Origin: an uncultured Planctomycetaceae bacterium
GTDB lineage: Bacteria; Planctomycetota; Planctomycetia; Pirellulales; PALSA-1355
Assembly (NCBI GenBank): GCA_963785305.1
Contig: CAWAUV010000005.1
Span: 320,001 to 384,000, forward strand
DNA length: 64,000 bases
Direction: 5' to 3'
Shown here: positions 54,100 to 64,000 of the stretch, piece after piece
How positions within the stretch are numbered: position 1 is the first letter of the stretch
How the letters are laid out: each line of letters begins with the position of its first letter
Made by a program: the position numbers and the translations under genes
Notes under the pieces: model-generated
The model's database searches: none
Told to the model about the DNA's origin: nothing
Seen by the model: the letters and a program-made list of their open reading frames with translations, nothing else

Positions 54100-55371
54100 T
54101 CAGCGGTGCGATGCGCTCGCCTCGATCGCGGCCGGCGAACGCAACGCCGACACCGGCGCGGCCGAAGCCGTCGATGGCCGAGCGGCTGGCGGCGGAGCGA
54201 GCGCCGGCGCCGAACCGTCGGGCTCGCGCCTCAGCAGTTCGCTCAACTGAAACGCATGATACTTTTGCTCGGCGGCCGGTTGGCCATCTTCGCTCGCATT
54301 GGCGACCCAAAATTTCGTGCTCCGCGGGGCGAATAGCACATTGTGCAGGTTCGACCGCATCGCCACCGGGCAGTCCATCAGCCGCAGCGCCGACGCTTCC
54401 GTGAGCGAGCCGTGGCTGCCTTGAGCGCGGCGGACCAACTCTTCATAACGCTTGCCGGCCGAGATCAAAACCGCGTCGGCCACTGGCGTCGGCAACCGCG
54501 GATGCGCTTCGCCGGGCTTCACGGTCGCAAAATCGTCCCAGCGGGCCGCAATGCCCACGGCCTCGTTCGTCTTGCCGTCGGCGATTACATAGTAATACTC
54601 GCAGGTGCGTTTCTGATCGCGAAACAGGGCGATGGCTTGTTCGAGATTGCCCGCCTGCTGGAGCGTCTCGCGCACCAGAATCGCCATCGGCACGCCGGCC
54701 CAGTGTCCGCGGCCGCCGCCGCCCATTTCGCCGATCGACACGTTTTGGGCGTTCATGCCGGTCACCGAGCCGATAAACCCGGCGTAGCTGATGTTGACGA
54801 ATGGAATCTTGCCCTCGGGCGAGGCGACGATAATCACGGCGTGATTCTGCAATCGCCAATCGACCGCGTAGTCGAGCACGCGCCCATGATAGAGCGTGCC
54901 GTCGCTCGTGGCCGAATTCATCACCGCGAAGCCACTGCAATGAAACAGCTCGGGAATGAAATTGCAGGCGCGAATCCGATCGAGCGGTTCATCGGCCCCG
55001 GCGGCCACTCCGGCGAGCTCCTCGTCGTACCACGCCGGAACAAAGCTCCGCTGCGAATGGGCAATCGCATAAATCGCGGCGACGGGATACAGCGGAACCG
55101 GGCCCAGCTTCACCGGCTTGCCCCCTTTTTCGTCGAGCAGATACCGGGCATTGTCGCGCACATGGTCTTTGAGCAGCACGCCATGTTGATAACCCATTTC
55201 GTAGGGCGTGCCCGCGACATGCAGCACAAGGCAGCCATCGACGCGTTCGAGCCATCCCCGACCGCAGCGGGCGATGGTCTCGGCCCGCGCCGCCGAGAGC
55301 GAACCCAGCGCAAGCCCCAGAAGCGCGAGAGCCATGACCAGAATTCGCGGAGCCGATCGGGTGATTTTCAT
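54100..55371 (-). CDS. C45-family autoproteolytic acyltransferase/hydrolase, secreted
   Basis: GTPYEMGYQHG, H-CSGF nucleophile, HGRVLDY, TGMN. Confidence 0.85.
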   Translation of the reverse strand: MKITRSAPRILVMALALLGLALGSLSAARAETIARCGRGWLERVDGCLVLHVAGTPYEMGYQHGVLLKDHVRDNARYLLDEKGGKPVKLGPVPLYPVAAIYAIAHSQRSFVPAWYDEELAGVAAGADEPLDRIRACNFIPELFHCSGFAVMNSATSDGTLYHGRVLDYAVDWRLQNHAVIIVASPEGKIPFVNISYAGFIGSVTGMNAQNVSIGEMGGGGRGHWAGVPMAILVRETLQQAGNLEQAIALFRDQKRTCEYYYVIADGKTNEAVGIAARWDDFATVKPGEAHPRLPTPVADAVLISAGKRYEELVRRAQGSHGSLTEASALRLMDCPVAMRSNLHNVLFAPRSTKFWVANASEDGQPAAEQKYHAFQLSELLRREPDGSAPALAPPPAARPSTASAAPVSALRSPAAIEASASHR

Positions 55372-55556
55372 GAAATAGCTTCCGGAGCGACGGGCAGAAT
55401 AACGTGTTTCGGGCGCCACGCTGACGCTGGCGAAGCGCCGTGGGCCATTATCGCGATCGGCCACGACGGTTCAATACGGACTTTACCGCTCGGAGCCAAA
55501 ACAACAGGAGAAGCATCGGCTGAAAGTCGGTGAAATATCCGGTCCAGGCGCCACGA

Positions 55557-56483
55557 TTAGAATTCGGCTTCCCAAACGGCGCGAAGCGCGGCCGGATCGA
55601 CGCCTGAGTCGCGAAGGCCGCGGAGCGACATAGCGGCGTCGCGCTTCGCCAGCCGACGGCCGGCCGCGTCGCGAACTAGCGGGCAATGAAAGAATCGTGG
55701 CGGCGCCCAGCCCAGCGCTCGGTAAAGCAGAATCTGACGGGCGGTCGAGGTGAGCAAGTCCTCGCCACGCACCACTTCGGCGATCCGCATCGCATGGTCG
55801 TCGGCCACGACCGCCAATTCATACGACGGAAAGCCATCGCGCCGCCAGACCAGAAAGTCGCCGAAGTCGGCGCCCGCCGTGCGCTTCACCGTGCCGGCCC
55901 GCCCATCGTCGAAGGCGATCACTTGCCCGTCGGGCACGCGAAACCGCCAGTTCATCGCCCCGGGCTCGATAGCCGGGATATTCATTCCCAGCGGCGGCTC
56001 GATGTCCGCCGGCCGAAGCGAGATCGGAAAGATTGCTTCCTCGGCGCCGGCGCTGGCGCCGCTGAGCGCAGCGCCGTGAGCGCCGCTCGGTTCATCGTGC
56101 GGAGCGAGTAAAGCGCCGGCGATGTCTTTTCGCGAATGCGGGCTCGGGTAGATATATCCGCCCGCGGCGAGTGATCGCCACGCCTCGCGGTACATGGCGA
56201 GCCGTTCGCTTTGCACATAAGGCCCAGAGGCGCCGCCCACATCGGGGCCTTCTTGCCAGGCGAGCCCCAGCCAGCGCAAGTCTTCGAGCATCGTCGCGGC
56301 GAATTCCGGTCGACAGCGATCCGGATCCAGATTTTCGTTTCGCAGCACAAGCACGCCTCGATGCTGTTCGGAGCGGCGCTGCGAAATCCAGAACGTGCGG
56401 CCGTGTCCCAAATGCAGGTAGCCGCTTGGAGTGGGAGCAATGCGGCCGCGATAAGGCTTGGCTTGCGATTCGGCTGGAGACAT
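55557..56483 (-). CDS. gluQ: glutamyl-Q tRNA(Asp) synthetase
   Basis: GRIAPTPSGYLHLGH, YELAVVADD, VVRGEDL, RLAKRD; lacks anticodon-binding domain. Confidence 0.92.
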   Translation of the reverse strand: MSPAESQAKPYRGRIAPTPSGYLHLGHGRTFWISQRRSEQHRGVLVLRNENLDPDRCRPEFAATMLEDLRWLGLAWQEGPDVGGASGPYVQSERLAMYREAWRSLAAGGYIYPSPHSRKDIAGALLAPHDEPSGAHGAALSGASAGAEEAIFPISLRPADIEPPLGMNIPAIEPGAMNWRFRVPDGQVIAFDDGRAGTVKRTAGADFGDFLVWRRDGFPSYELAVVADDHAMRIAEVVRGEDLLTSTARQILLYRALGWAPPRFFHCPLVRDAAGRRLAKRDAAMSLRGLRDSGVDPAALRAVWEAEF

Positions 56484-56573
56484 AGGCGTTTTTCTTGGAA
56501 TGAGCCCCCACGCGCCGCGGAGCGGCGGGCAATAGCAAGCCGCTCGCCGTTGGAGGAGATGATAAACGAAACT

Positions 56574-58290
56574 GGGACCAGTTCAGCTTATGCGGCGGTG
56601 GCGAGGGGGGTGGAGCGGCGGTGGAAGGGGTGGCCGGGGCGTTGCGAGAGGTAGTCCTTGAGCCGGCCGTCGTCGCTGAGGGCGGCGGCGCGGAGCTGCA
56701 AGATCGCTTCCGCTCCGTCGGGATCGTCCCAGAACATTTCGGTCCCTTTCACGCGCAGGTTCATCTGTTTGATCAGCGACTCCATCGGCGCGCTGGTGAC
56801 CGGCAGGCCCAGGCGGCGATAGCTGGGATAGTCCATCCGCTGGCGATTGTTCGTCAAGTACCGCACGGCGTCGACGAGCGCTTTCTCCGCGTCACTGGGT
56901 TTCGTATCTTCCCAGTCGATGCCCCGGGCGAGGCAGGCTTGCTTGATCTCGTCGATCACGTGATCGACCTGGCCTTGCCAGCACCAGGTGACGAACTTTA
57001 GATAGAGCGACCAACCCTCCGCATCGTTGGCGGCCAGCGCCAGCGCCGCGCGGTAAACGTATTGAATCGCATGAATGAAGTCGAGGACGGGCGTGAACGT
57101 CGGAAAATGTTTTTTCCAGATCGACCAGTTCCAGTTCAGGCCATCACCGAGGAAGACCCGTAAAGGAGAATCGTAGAACCGGCGCCGCTGGGCTTCGCGC
57201 CGCATCAGCGGGCCGAAATCCTCCGAGCAGGACATACTGCTCAGCGCCGTGCGCAGCACGCGCCGCGGGCCTTCGTACTTCACGCGGCGGGGTTTCTCGG
57301 CGGCGGATTCTTCGCCGGGCGAATCGAGGCGGGGAACCGCTTTTTCCGCGATATTCGCCACTTTTTTCGCGATGCGAAAGGAAGTCGGCAACTCGGGGCA
57401 AGCGTCTTCGTCCGCGACATGCCGCGGGTTGAGAGACATTCGCTCGAACGAAGCGTTCTTCGTTTCGCGCCAGCCTTTCTCGCCCGACGGCACGACGCCG
57501 CGTCCCCGGCCCGGCTCGCGCGTGCGAATGCGGCCGCCGTCGCAAGAGACCACCGCCGCTTCCGGCACGACGACTTCCTTGACGACTTTTTTATTGTCGC
57601 TGGGCGCCGGCAGTGCCTTCCCGTCGGCCAGTTCCTGGCCCACCTGTTTCACCAAACGCCGAATCGTGCTGCAGGGAACTTTGTGTCCCAGCACTTGCTC
57701 GGTGGTCACTTCCGCGCGCTTGAACGAACGGACTTCCGCGGCTAGGCAGACCACGGCTCGCGTCAACTCGGGCGTGACCTCGCGGCTATCGAGTCCCAAC
57801 GTCAACCGCTGAGGGAAAAAAAGACCGCCGGCAGCGGTCGCAGTAAGCGGTCGTCTCGGTCACCTCGACCCGGCCATCCAGGCTGGTGACCGGCCTCGTT
57901 GCGGTTTGCACGCGGCACGACGCTCCGCAGGTGGGGCAGTTCGCTTCCGTCGGGCAGCTCGCGGCGACTTCACGCATCGCTCGCTCTTGGGCTTCACGGC
58001 TCAACTCGCGGCCGAGCGTGATAGCATACCGCTCGATGACGCTATAGTGCGGCGTGCCGAGGAACGCCCCCTGCTCGACCATCTCCTCGATTCCCAGTTC
58101 GGCCAGTTCCCGCAAAAGTTCCTTCCTCCTGGCCTCGCGGGCCTGCATCGCGGCGTCCATGCCTAGCGCTCCTTAAGCAAGTTTCGTTCACCGATCAAAT
58201 CCACCTCGCCCAGCTTACCACACAAACCCCGAATTCTCCTATTGACGTTTCCACATCCACCCCCCAACCCGCAAAAGCTGAACTGGTCCC
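56574..58290 (-). mobile_element. complete ISKra4-family insertion sequence
   Basis: 22-bp IRs GGGACCAGTTCAGCTT(A/T)TGCGG with 1 mismatch; 9-bp target duplication AACGAAACT (56565-56573, 58291-58299). Confidence 0.92.
56588..58160 (-). CDS. ISKra4 transposase in two ORFs joined by a -1 shift at a T7 run
   Basis: CPTC...CDRC-RRSFFP then QRLTLGLD; DGG, FLGDG, LDFIHA, RMDYPSYR, SAPMESLIKQ. Confidence 0.88.
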
Positions 58291-58393
58291 AACGAAACTT
58301 CGACCGCGTTTCATCCCTGGCGGCGTGCCCGGCCGGGGATTAGGATTCCCCGAGGAACTTTTGTAATGTTTTTTTTGCGGGGACTGTCTCGCC

Positions 58394-59142
58394 GTGGCTG
58401 AAACCTATTTGATCCTCGGAGCGACCTCTGGCATGGCTCGCGCGCTGGCCCGTGTTCTGGCGGCCCGGGGAACGCGGCTCGTTTTGGCGGGTCGCGACTC
58501 CGCGGAACTTGGCCGGCTCGAAGCCGATTTGAAGACCCGCTTCGCGACGCCGGTAGCCTGCGTGGAATTCGAGGCCCTCGACTTCGCGAGCCATGGACTG
58601 GTGGTCGAGGCGCGGCCGCCGCGTTTTCCGAGGGGCTCGACGGCGCGGTGCTCTGCCATGGAATGATGGTGGACCAAGACATCGCCGAGCAGGACTTCGC
58701 CCAAGCGCGCCAGATGATCGATGTGAACTTCACCTCGGCGGTGTCGATTTTGGGATGCTTGGCCGATTACTTTCGCGGCCGGCGGAGCGGCGTGATCGCG
58801 GCGATTTCGAGCGTGGCCGGTGATCGCGGGCGGCAAAGCAATTTTATCTACGGCGCCACGAAGGCGGGTCTCACGGTCTACCTGGCCGGGCTTCGCAATC
58901 GCTTGCATCCACTGGGAGTGCATGTGCTCACGATCAAACCCGGCTTCGTCGCCACGGCGATGACCGTGGGCCGGGTGAACCCGAACTCGCCATTGATGGC
59001 CACGCCCGAGCGAGTCGCGGCCGACATCGATCGTGCGCTTCGCCGCCGGCGCGATGTGCTCTACACGCCGTGGTTTTGGCGGTGGGTGATGCTGATTATT
59101 CGCGCCGTGCCGGAGCGACTTTTCAAACGGCTGAAGCTGTAG
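58394..59142 (+). CDS. short-chain dehydrogenase (DprE2-like), frameshift near 58620
   Basis: ILGATSGMA, ISSVAGDRGR, YGATKAG, IKPGFVAT. Confidence 0.88.
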
Positions 59143-59193
59143 ATGCTTCGCGGGTCGGTCGAGCGCGTTTCACGCGGATGGCCCCCGCCGGGA

Positions 59194-59721
59194 TCAGGCT
59201 TCGAAGGAGATGCTGTCGGCCGTGGCCCGATCCGAGGCGTGAAACTCGGCGCCGCGGTGATGTGGCGCCGGCGGTCTCACGCGGGGCGCGATCGGGGCGG
59301 GGTCGGCCATCGCGGGGTCGGACATGGCGGAGCCATCGTTCAGCCGGCTACCGTATTTCTCGCATGCCAAGCGCCATGTTTCGCGCTCGACAAGCAAGAT
59401 TCGCACCGCATCGGTTAGCGCTTCGGCGTCGTGGCGCAAATGCGCGAGCACCAGCGACTTATAGACAAACCCGTAGACTGCGGCCATTTGAACGGCGAGG
59501 CGCGGATGCTCGAAATAGTTGAGATCGGCGATCAGCCGGGCCATGATTCGCTGGGCATGCAGCAGCGCGTCGGCCACCGCGGCCGCGGCGCCCGACTTCC
59601 AAAATCCCTCGGCCCGCTTGCAGGAACGGAGCGCGCCCTCAATGAGCATCAGTTGCAACTTCTGAGGCGCCGCGGTCAGGACTTGCGTCGTAAAATATTC
59701 GTCGCTGGCGCTGAACTGCAT
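59194..59721 (-). CDS. fliS: flagellar export chaperone FliS
   Basis: YFTTQVLTAAPQKLQLMLIEGA, VYGFV, ERETW; directly downstream of fliD. Confidence 0.88.
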   Translation of the reverse strand: MQFSASDEYFTTQVLTAAPQKLQLMLIEGALRSCKRAEGFWKSGAAAAVADALLHAQRIMARLIADLNYFEHPRLAVQMAAVYGFVYKSLVLAHLRHDAEALTDAVRILLVERETWRLACEKYGSRLNDGSAMSDPAMADPAPIAPRVRPPAPHHRGAEFHASDRATADSISFEA

Positions 59722-59801
59722 GGTAGGACTCGCTGGGGGTTCGAGGGGTCGAGATCAACTGGGAATCGGGCTCTCGGTCCGTGGCGCGGCGGCGCCTGTC
59801 A

Positions 59802-62800
59802 TCAACCAAAGCCGCTGCTGATATTGCTGGCCGTATTGGCGAGACTGGCGCTGCTGGCGGTAGCCGCGGTGCTGGCGGCTGTTTGCACATTGTTGATTTC
59901 GTCGAATGTCTGGATCGAGGTGAGCGCTTCCTGATTCGACTGCAACTGCGCCACGACGATTTCCGCTTGATCGAATTGGGCGGTCAACCGCGCGCTTTCT
60001 TCGTTCAACGACGCTTGCAACGACGTGATCCGGGCTTGGTTGGCCGTGATCTGGCTCGTGATGCCGGTGTTGGCGTTGCCGAGCAGCGAATTCTTGGGGC
60101 CGGCGAGTTGCGCGACAAGCGTATTGAACTGCGCCGCCGCGCCGGTGTTGGCGGTGGAAAACAGATTCTGCACATCCGTCGGATCTTGGCCGTAGGCGTT
60201 TTGCAAGGTGGTGGTGTTGAGGCTCAGCGTGCCGGTTTGGCTCAAGGTGAATCCGAGCTGCGCGAGCGAGCTGTAGGCGCCGGAGCTCGTGAACGCGCTG
60301 GTCAATAAATTTCCCACTTGCGATTGCACCGCGATCGCCGCGTTGCTGCCGTTGAGCACGGCGCCGGTGTTGGTCGTGGTGTTGAACGCGGTGTCGGTGG
60401 AAATCGTGCTCATCAGCGTGTTGTAATCGCTGACAAATGTCTGGGCGGCGCTCGACGAGCGCCGAACTATTAGACGCCACCGTCACCGTCACCGGCGTGG
60501 TCGAGGGCGCCACCACGGTGAATGACAAATTGGGCACCAAATTGCCGAAGGTGTTCGAACTCGATGATGCAATCGCGCCTCCGCCGCCGGGTGATCCAAA
60601 CTGCACGAGCGCGTTTTGAGCCGCGGCGGTTTCGTTGAGCGAAAACGAGGCATTGCTCGTGTCGACTGCCAGTTCGCTCGACGCCCCCGCGCCTTGGTTG
60701 AAGATCGTGAATTGATAGGGGTTCGTGGATGTGCCGTTGTTGAATTCCGTCGCCTGGACATTCAGGCCGCTGCTGTTGATTTTTTGAATCAAGGTTTGCA
60801 GGGTGTCGGCGGATGTAATGTTCACGGTGACGACGTTCGACCCGGTGACAACCTGATGGCTTTTGCCGCCAATCGTTTGAGTTGACTCGGCCCCGAGCAA
60901 GTGGAGATCGGCGGCCGTGCTCCCGGTGGCCGAGGCGATCGAGAGCGAGCCGGCGCCACCAGCGTTGTCGACGATTTGAATTCCATCGCCGTTCGGATCA
61001 AGGCTGGCCTGAACATCGGCGCCCGAATTGTTGATGGCGGAGATCAATTCGCCCACCGTGGTGATGGAGCTGTTGACGTTGACCGTAGCCTTGGCGCCGC
61101 CGGAGTCGGTGATCGTGAAGCTGCCTGTGCCCACGCCCGAGCCGCCATTGAGGCTGGCGAGCGTGGTGCTGTCGGTAACGAATTGCAGATGCAGGCTGCC
61201 GCTGTTGACGCTCGTCGTGGCGGCGTTCGTGGCGATGCCGAGCGCCGTGGCCGAATCGGTTCCATCGGCGTTGGCCACGATCAGGTTGCTCGCGGTCGAG
61301 CCGGTGGTGTCGGTGAGTTGGATGCCGTTGCGACCGGCGTTGACACTGGCCGTGATGCCGAGCCCGGCGGAGTTGATATCGTTGATCACGTCGCCCAGGG
61401 TCGTGGCGCCCGCGAGATTCACGGTCGCCGAGGCGCCCGAGCGATCGGTGAACGAGATTTCGCCGAGCGGCCCGATGCCGGCTCCGCCGTTGAGGTCCTT
61501 GAGCAGCACGGTATTGAGCCCGCCGAGCACGGTGTCGCCGGTAATCGTGCCGCCGGAGGCGGTGTTGTCGAGGCCCAACTCGGCGGCCACCCGCGAGTTG
61601 TTCAAATCCGAGATACTGAATGTTCCGGAGCCGCTGGTCAGGTCCCGCACCACGATCTGATTGCCGGAGATCGAGGCGCTGATCTTACCGGGCGCCGCGT
61701 TGTTAATGGCGTCGAGTAGATTTTGCACCGTGGTATCGGCGCCGGCGGCATTGGGCTCGATGACTTGGCCGCCGGTGGTGGTGGCGTTGTCGCTGGTCGA
61801 GACCACGCCCGAGCCGTTGCTGCCGCTGGCCAGCGAGGCGGTGAACAGCGAACTGACCGACGACGTGGAATTGATGGCATGAATCACATCGCTGGCCGTG
61901 GACGCGCCTTGGGCGATGTCGACCGTGAGCGTCTTGCTCGTGGAGTCGTAGCTCGCGGTTTCATGGCCAGCCGTGATCGAGGGATCGTTCACGAAATTGA
62001 GTTGCACTCCGTCGTAGGCGTCGCCACCATTGACGGCCGTGAGCGTGAGCTTGGCGTTGCTTCCATTCGTGCCGATGGTCGTGGCCGAAGCTTGCGGGGC
62101 GCTCAGCACCGCCACATCGCTCGCGCTGACGGTTCCCGAGCCGTCGCTGCCGGGCGCGTTCGAAGCGGTGAACAGATTGGCGACGGTCGAGTTGCCCTCG
62201 ATCGCGGCGATTACGTCGTTGGCCGTCGACTGCGCGGAGACATCGACCACGACCGACTGGGTGCTGGCGTTGAAGCTCACGGTTTCGCTGCCGGCCGTGA
62301 TCGCCGGGTTCTCGACGAACGAAAGCGTGGTTCCAAGATAGGCCGAGCCGGCCGTGTTGGCGGTGAATAGGATGCTGGCGTTGGAATTCGCGGCCTTGGT
62401 GGTTCCGCTGATCGTGGTGCCAGTGACGGGCAATTGATTGAGATTGACGTTTGCTTGCGTGCCATCGGCCAGCGAGATGCTTAGGTCCGGCAGCGCGTTG
62501 TCGGTTTGGATGCCCAGGCCATCGTTGAGCTGGCTGAGCGCGGTGCTGCCCGAGAGATAATACACCGCGCTGCCGGTGGCGGTGTTGCTGGCGACATTCA
62601 CGCTGCCCAGGCCCAAGGCTTCGGCAGTCGATCCGCCGTTGACATCTTGCACTTTAAGATTACCGCTGGTGCTGCCAGTGGTGTCGGTGAGCACCAAGCT
62701 AGCGCCCGTGATCGATGCTTTGACGCCGACCGAGCCGTTGCTGTTGATCGCGTTGACGACATCGCCAATGGTTTGCGCCGCCGAAAGATTGACGACCGCC

Positions 62801-63315
62801 GACTTGCCGCTGCGATCGGTGATCTCGATGCTGCCCTGCGGCACGCCGGCGCCGCCGTTGAGCTCGCTCAAGCTGATGTCGGGATTGACGAATCCGCCGT
62901 ACTGAAAACTCACGGAGCCGGCGCCGATCGGCTGCGAGTTGCTGGCGAACGACGAACTTTGCAATTGCTGCGACTGGGCCAATTGCAGGGGGGTGAATTG
63001 ATACGTGCCCGGCGTGGCGGCGCCGGTCGAGGTGGCGGTGAGCGCCGAAGGATTGCTGCTGTTGATCGAATTCGAGGCGTAGGTGCTCGAAGCGCCGAGC
63101 GCGGTGGCGTCGTTGCCGAGCGCCGTCAGTTCGGCTTGAATCTGGGTATACGCGGTCTGCTGATTGGTGAGCGTGGTGTCGGCGGCGGTCAGCGAATTGA
63201 GCGGACCCGAGTCGAGGCTCACCAGCTTTTGGACCGTCGACGCAATCGGAAAGCCGGTGACGAGACCGACTCCGCTCGAGATCGCGCTTACGCCGGTAGT
63301 GCTGCCCGTCGACAT
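59802..63315 (-). CDS. fliD: very long flagellar cap protein FliD (frameshift near 60455)
   Basis: FliD_N (GLVTGFPIASTVQKLV...GTYQFTPLQLAQSQQ), repeated TIGDVVNAIN/hook-IN-like modules, FliD_C (FVSDYN, RLTAQF...LQS). Confidence 0.9.
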
Positions 63316-63349
63316 CGCCTACCCGCTCCCATTGCCCGTCGCAACTCGA

Positions 63350-64000
63350 TTAACGTTCGGTTCGCACGGCCAACGACGCGGTGCGCCAATGCGGACCGGC
63401 CGGTTGACCCATTTGGGATAAATCGACGGCGCCAGAGTGCTGGCTTGATATTTTTTCCAGTACCCGCCCCACGATGCTTCCCAGGTCGCCCAATCGTTGC
63501 GGATGGAGCAACCGGACACTCGGTCGCCAGAGACTTCGGCCCTGCGCGTCGGCGAGCCACTGGGGGCCCAGCGGCACAAACGGACAAATCAGCCAAGTCG
63601 GCGTGCCCACGAGCCCGGCCAGCGCCCACACCGGCCCGTCTTCGGCGATCAACAGGTCCACCGACGCGAGCAGCGCGGCCAATGCCTCGAGCGTCGCGGG
63701 CGCCGTTGCGTCGTCGAACAGATGGTAGTTATCGATCGCGACATCTTCCGGCATGGCAATGCGGCCGGAAAACGCGCGGCGAGCGAGATCGGTCGCAATC
63801 GGTCGATAACGATCGTCGGCGCTGGCGGCCAATCGCATTTCGATGAACTGCGCTTCCGGAGTGCCGGCGCAAATCGCTTGCCACATCGCGCGGCGATCGC
63901 GGACGGCGTCGCTGACCTCGGCGCCAATCAAATGCGCGCCTGCGCCACTCGCCACGCCCACGCGCGGGCCCGGCGGCAACGCGGCGAGGCGGCGATGGAA
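63350..64000 (-). CDS. C-terminal GT9-like domain of a probable TPR/glycosyltransferase (5' end outside window)
   Basis: LAALLASVDLLIAED...LAGLVGTPTWL...SLWRPSVRLL. Confidence 0.6.
   Translation of the reverse strand, partial: FHRRLAALPPGPRVGVASGAGAHLIGAEVSDAVRDRRAMWQAICAGTPEAQFIEMRLAASADDRYRPIATDLARRAFSGRIAMPEDVAIDNYHLFDDATAPATLEALAALLASVDLLIAEDGPVWALAGLVGTPTWLICPFVPLGPQWLADAQGRSLWRPSVRLLHPQRLGDLGSIVGRVLEKISSQHSGAVDLSQMGQPAGPHWRTASLAVRTER

Noticed and set aside
56552..58401. 38-codon ORF restored by excising ISKra4 (MINETSTAF...)
   Set aside because: GGAGG lies only 2 nt from the ATG and the peptide is not protein-like; probably chance

Overview
High-GC bacterial chromosomal segment. The gene content (FHA-sigma54 activator, PQQ-propeller, SgcJ/EcaC and Gly-rich secreted proteins, csrA, very long fliD) suggests a planctomycete, probably Pirellulales-like; this is an inference. 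It holds mostly housekeeping and envelope genes: a MoxR/DUF4350/DUF4129/SpoIIM/RDD operon, glpK, hemH with tRNA-Glu, csrA, sseA-sufE, ctp protease, cbiX, 5-oxoprolinase, ferritin, P-II, aquaporin, gluQ, fliS and fliD. More than 15 genes are split by short indels, most likely long-read assembly errors. Accessory DNA includes a gene-debris patch at about 6.3-9.0 kb (IS3 remnant, intact IS3 inserted in a HEPN-like gene fragment, possible toxin/immunity remnants), a 5'-deleted IS1202-type element that appears to sit in a MITE end, a MITE, and an intact ISKra4. A 2.2-kb hybrid-kinase cassette is inserted into the 5' end of sufE with a ~70-bp duplication. The best candidates for undescribed biology are that sufE-targeted kinase cassette, a stand-alone ACP plus alpha-oxoamine synthase pair, and several secreted low-complexity or aromatic-rich proteins. 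No CRISPR array or rRNA was seen.
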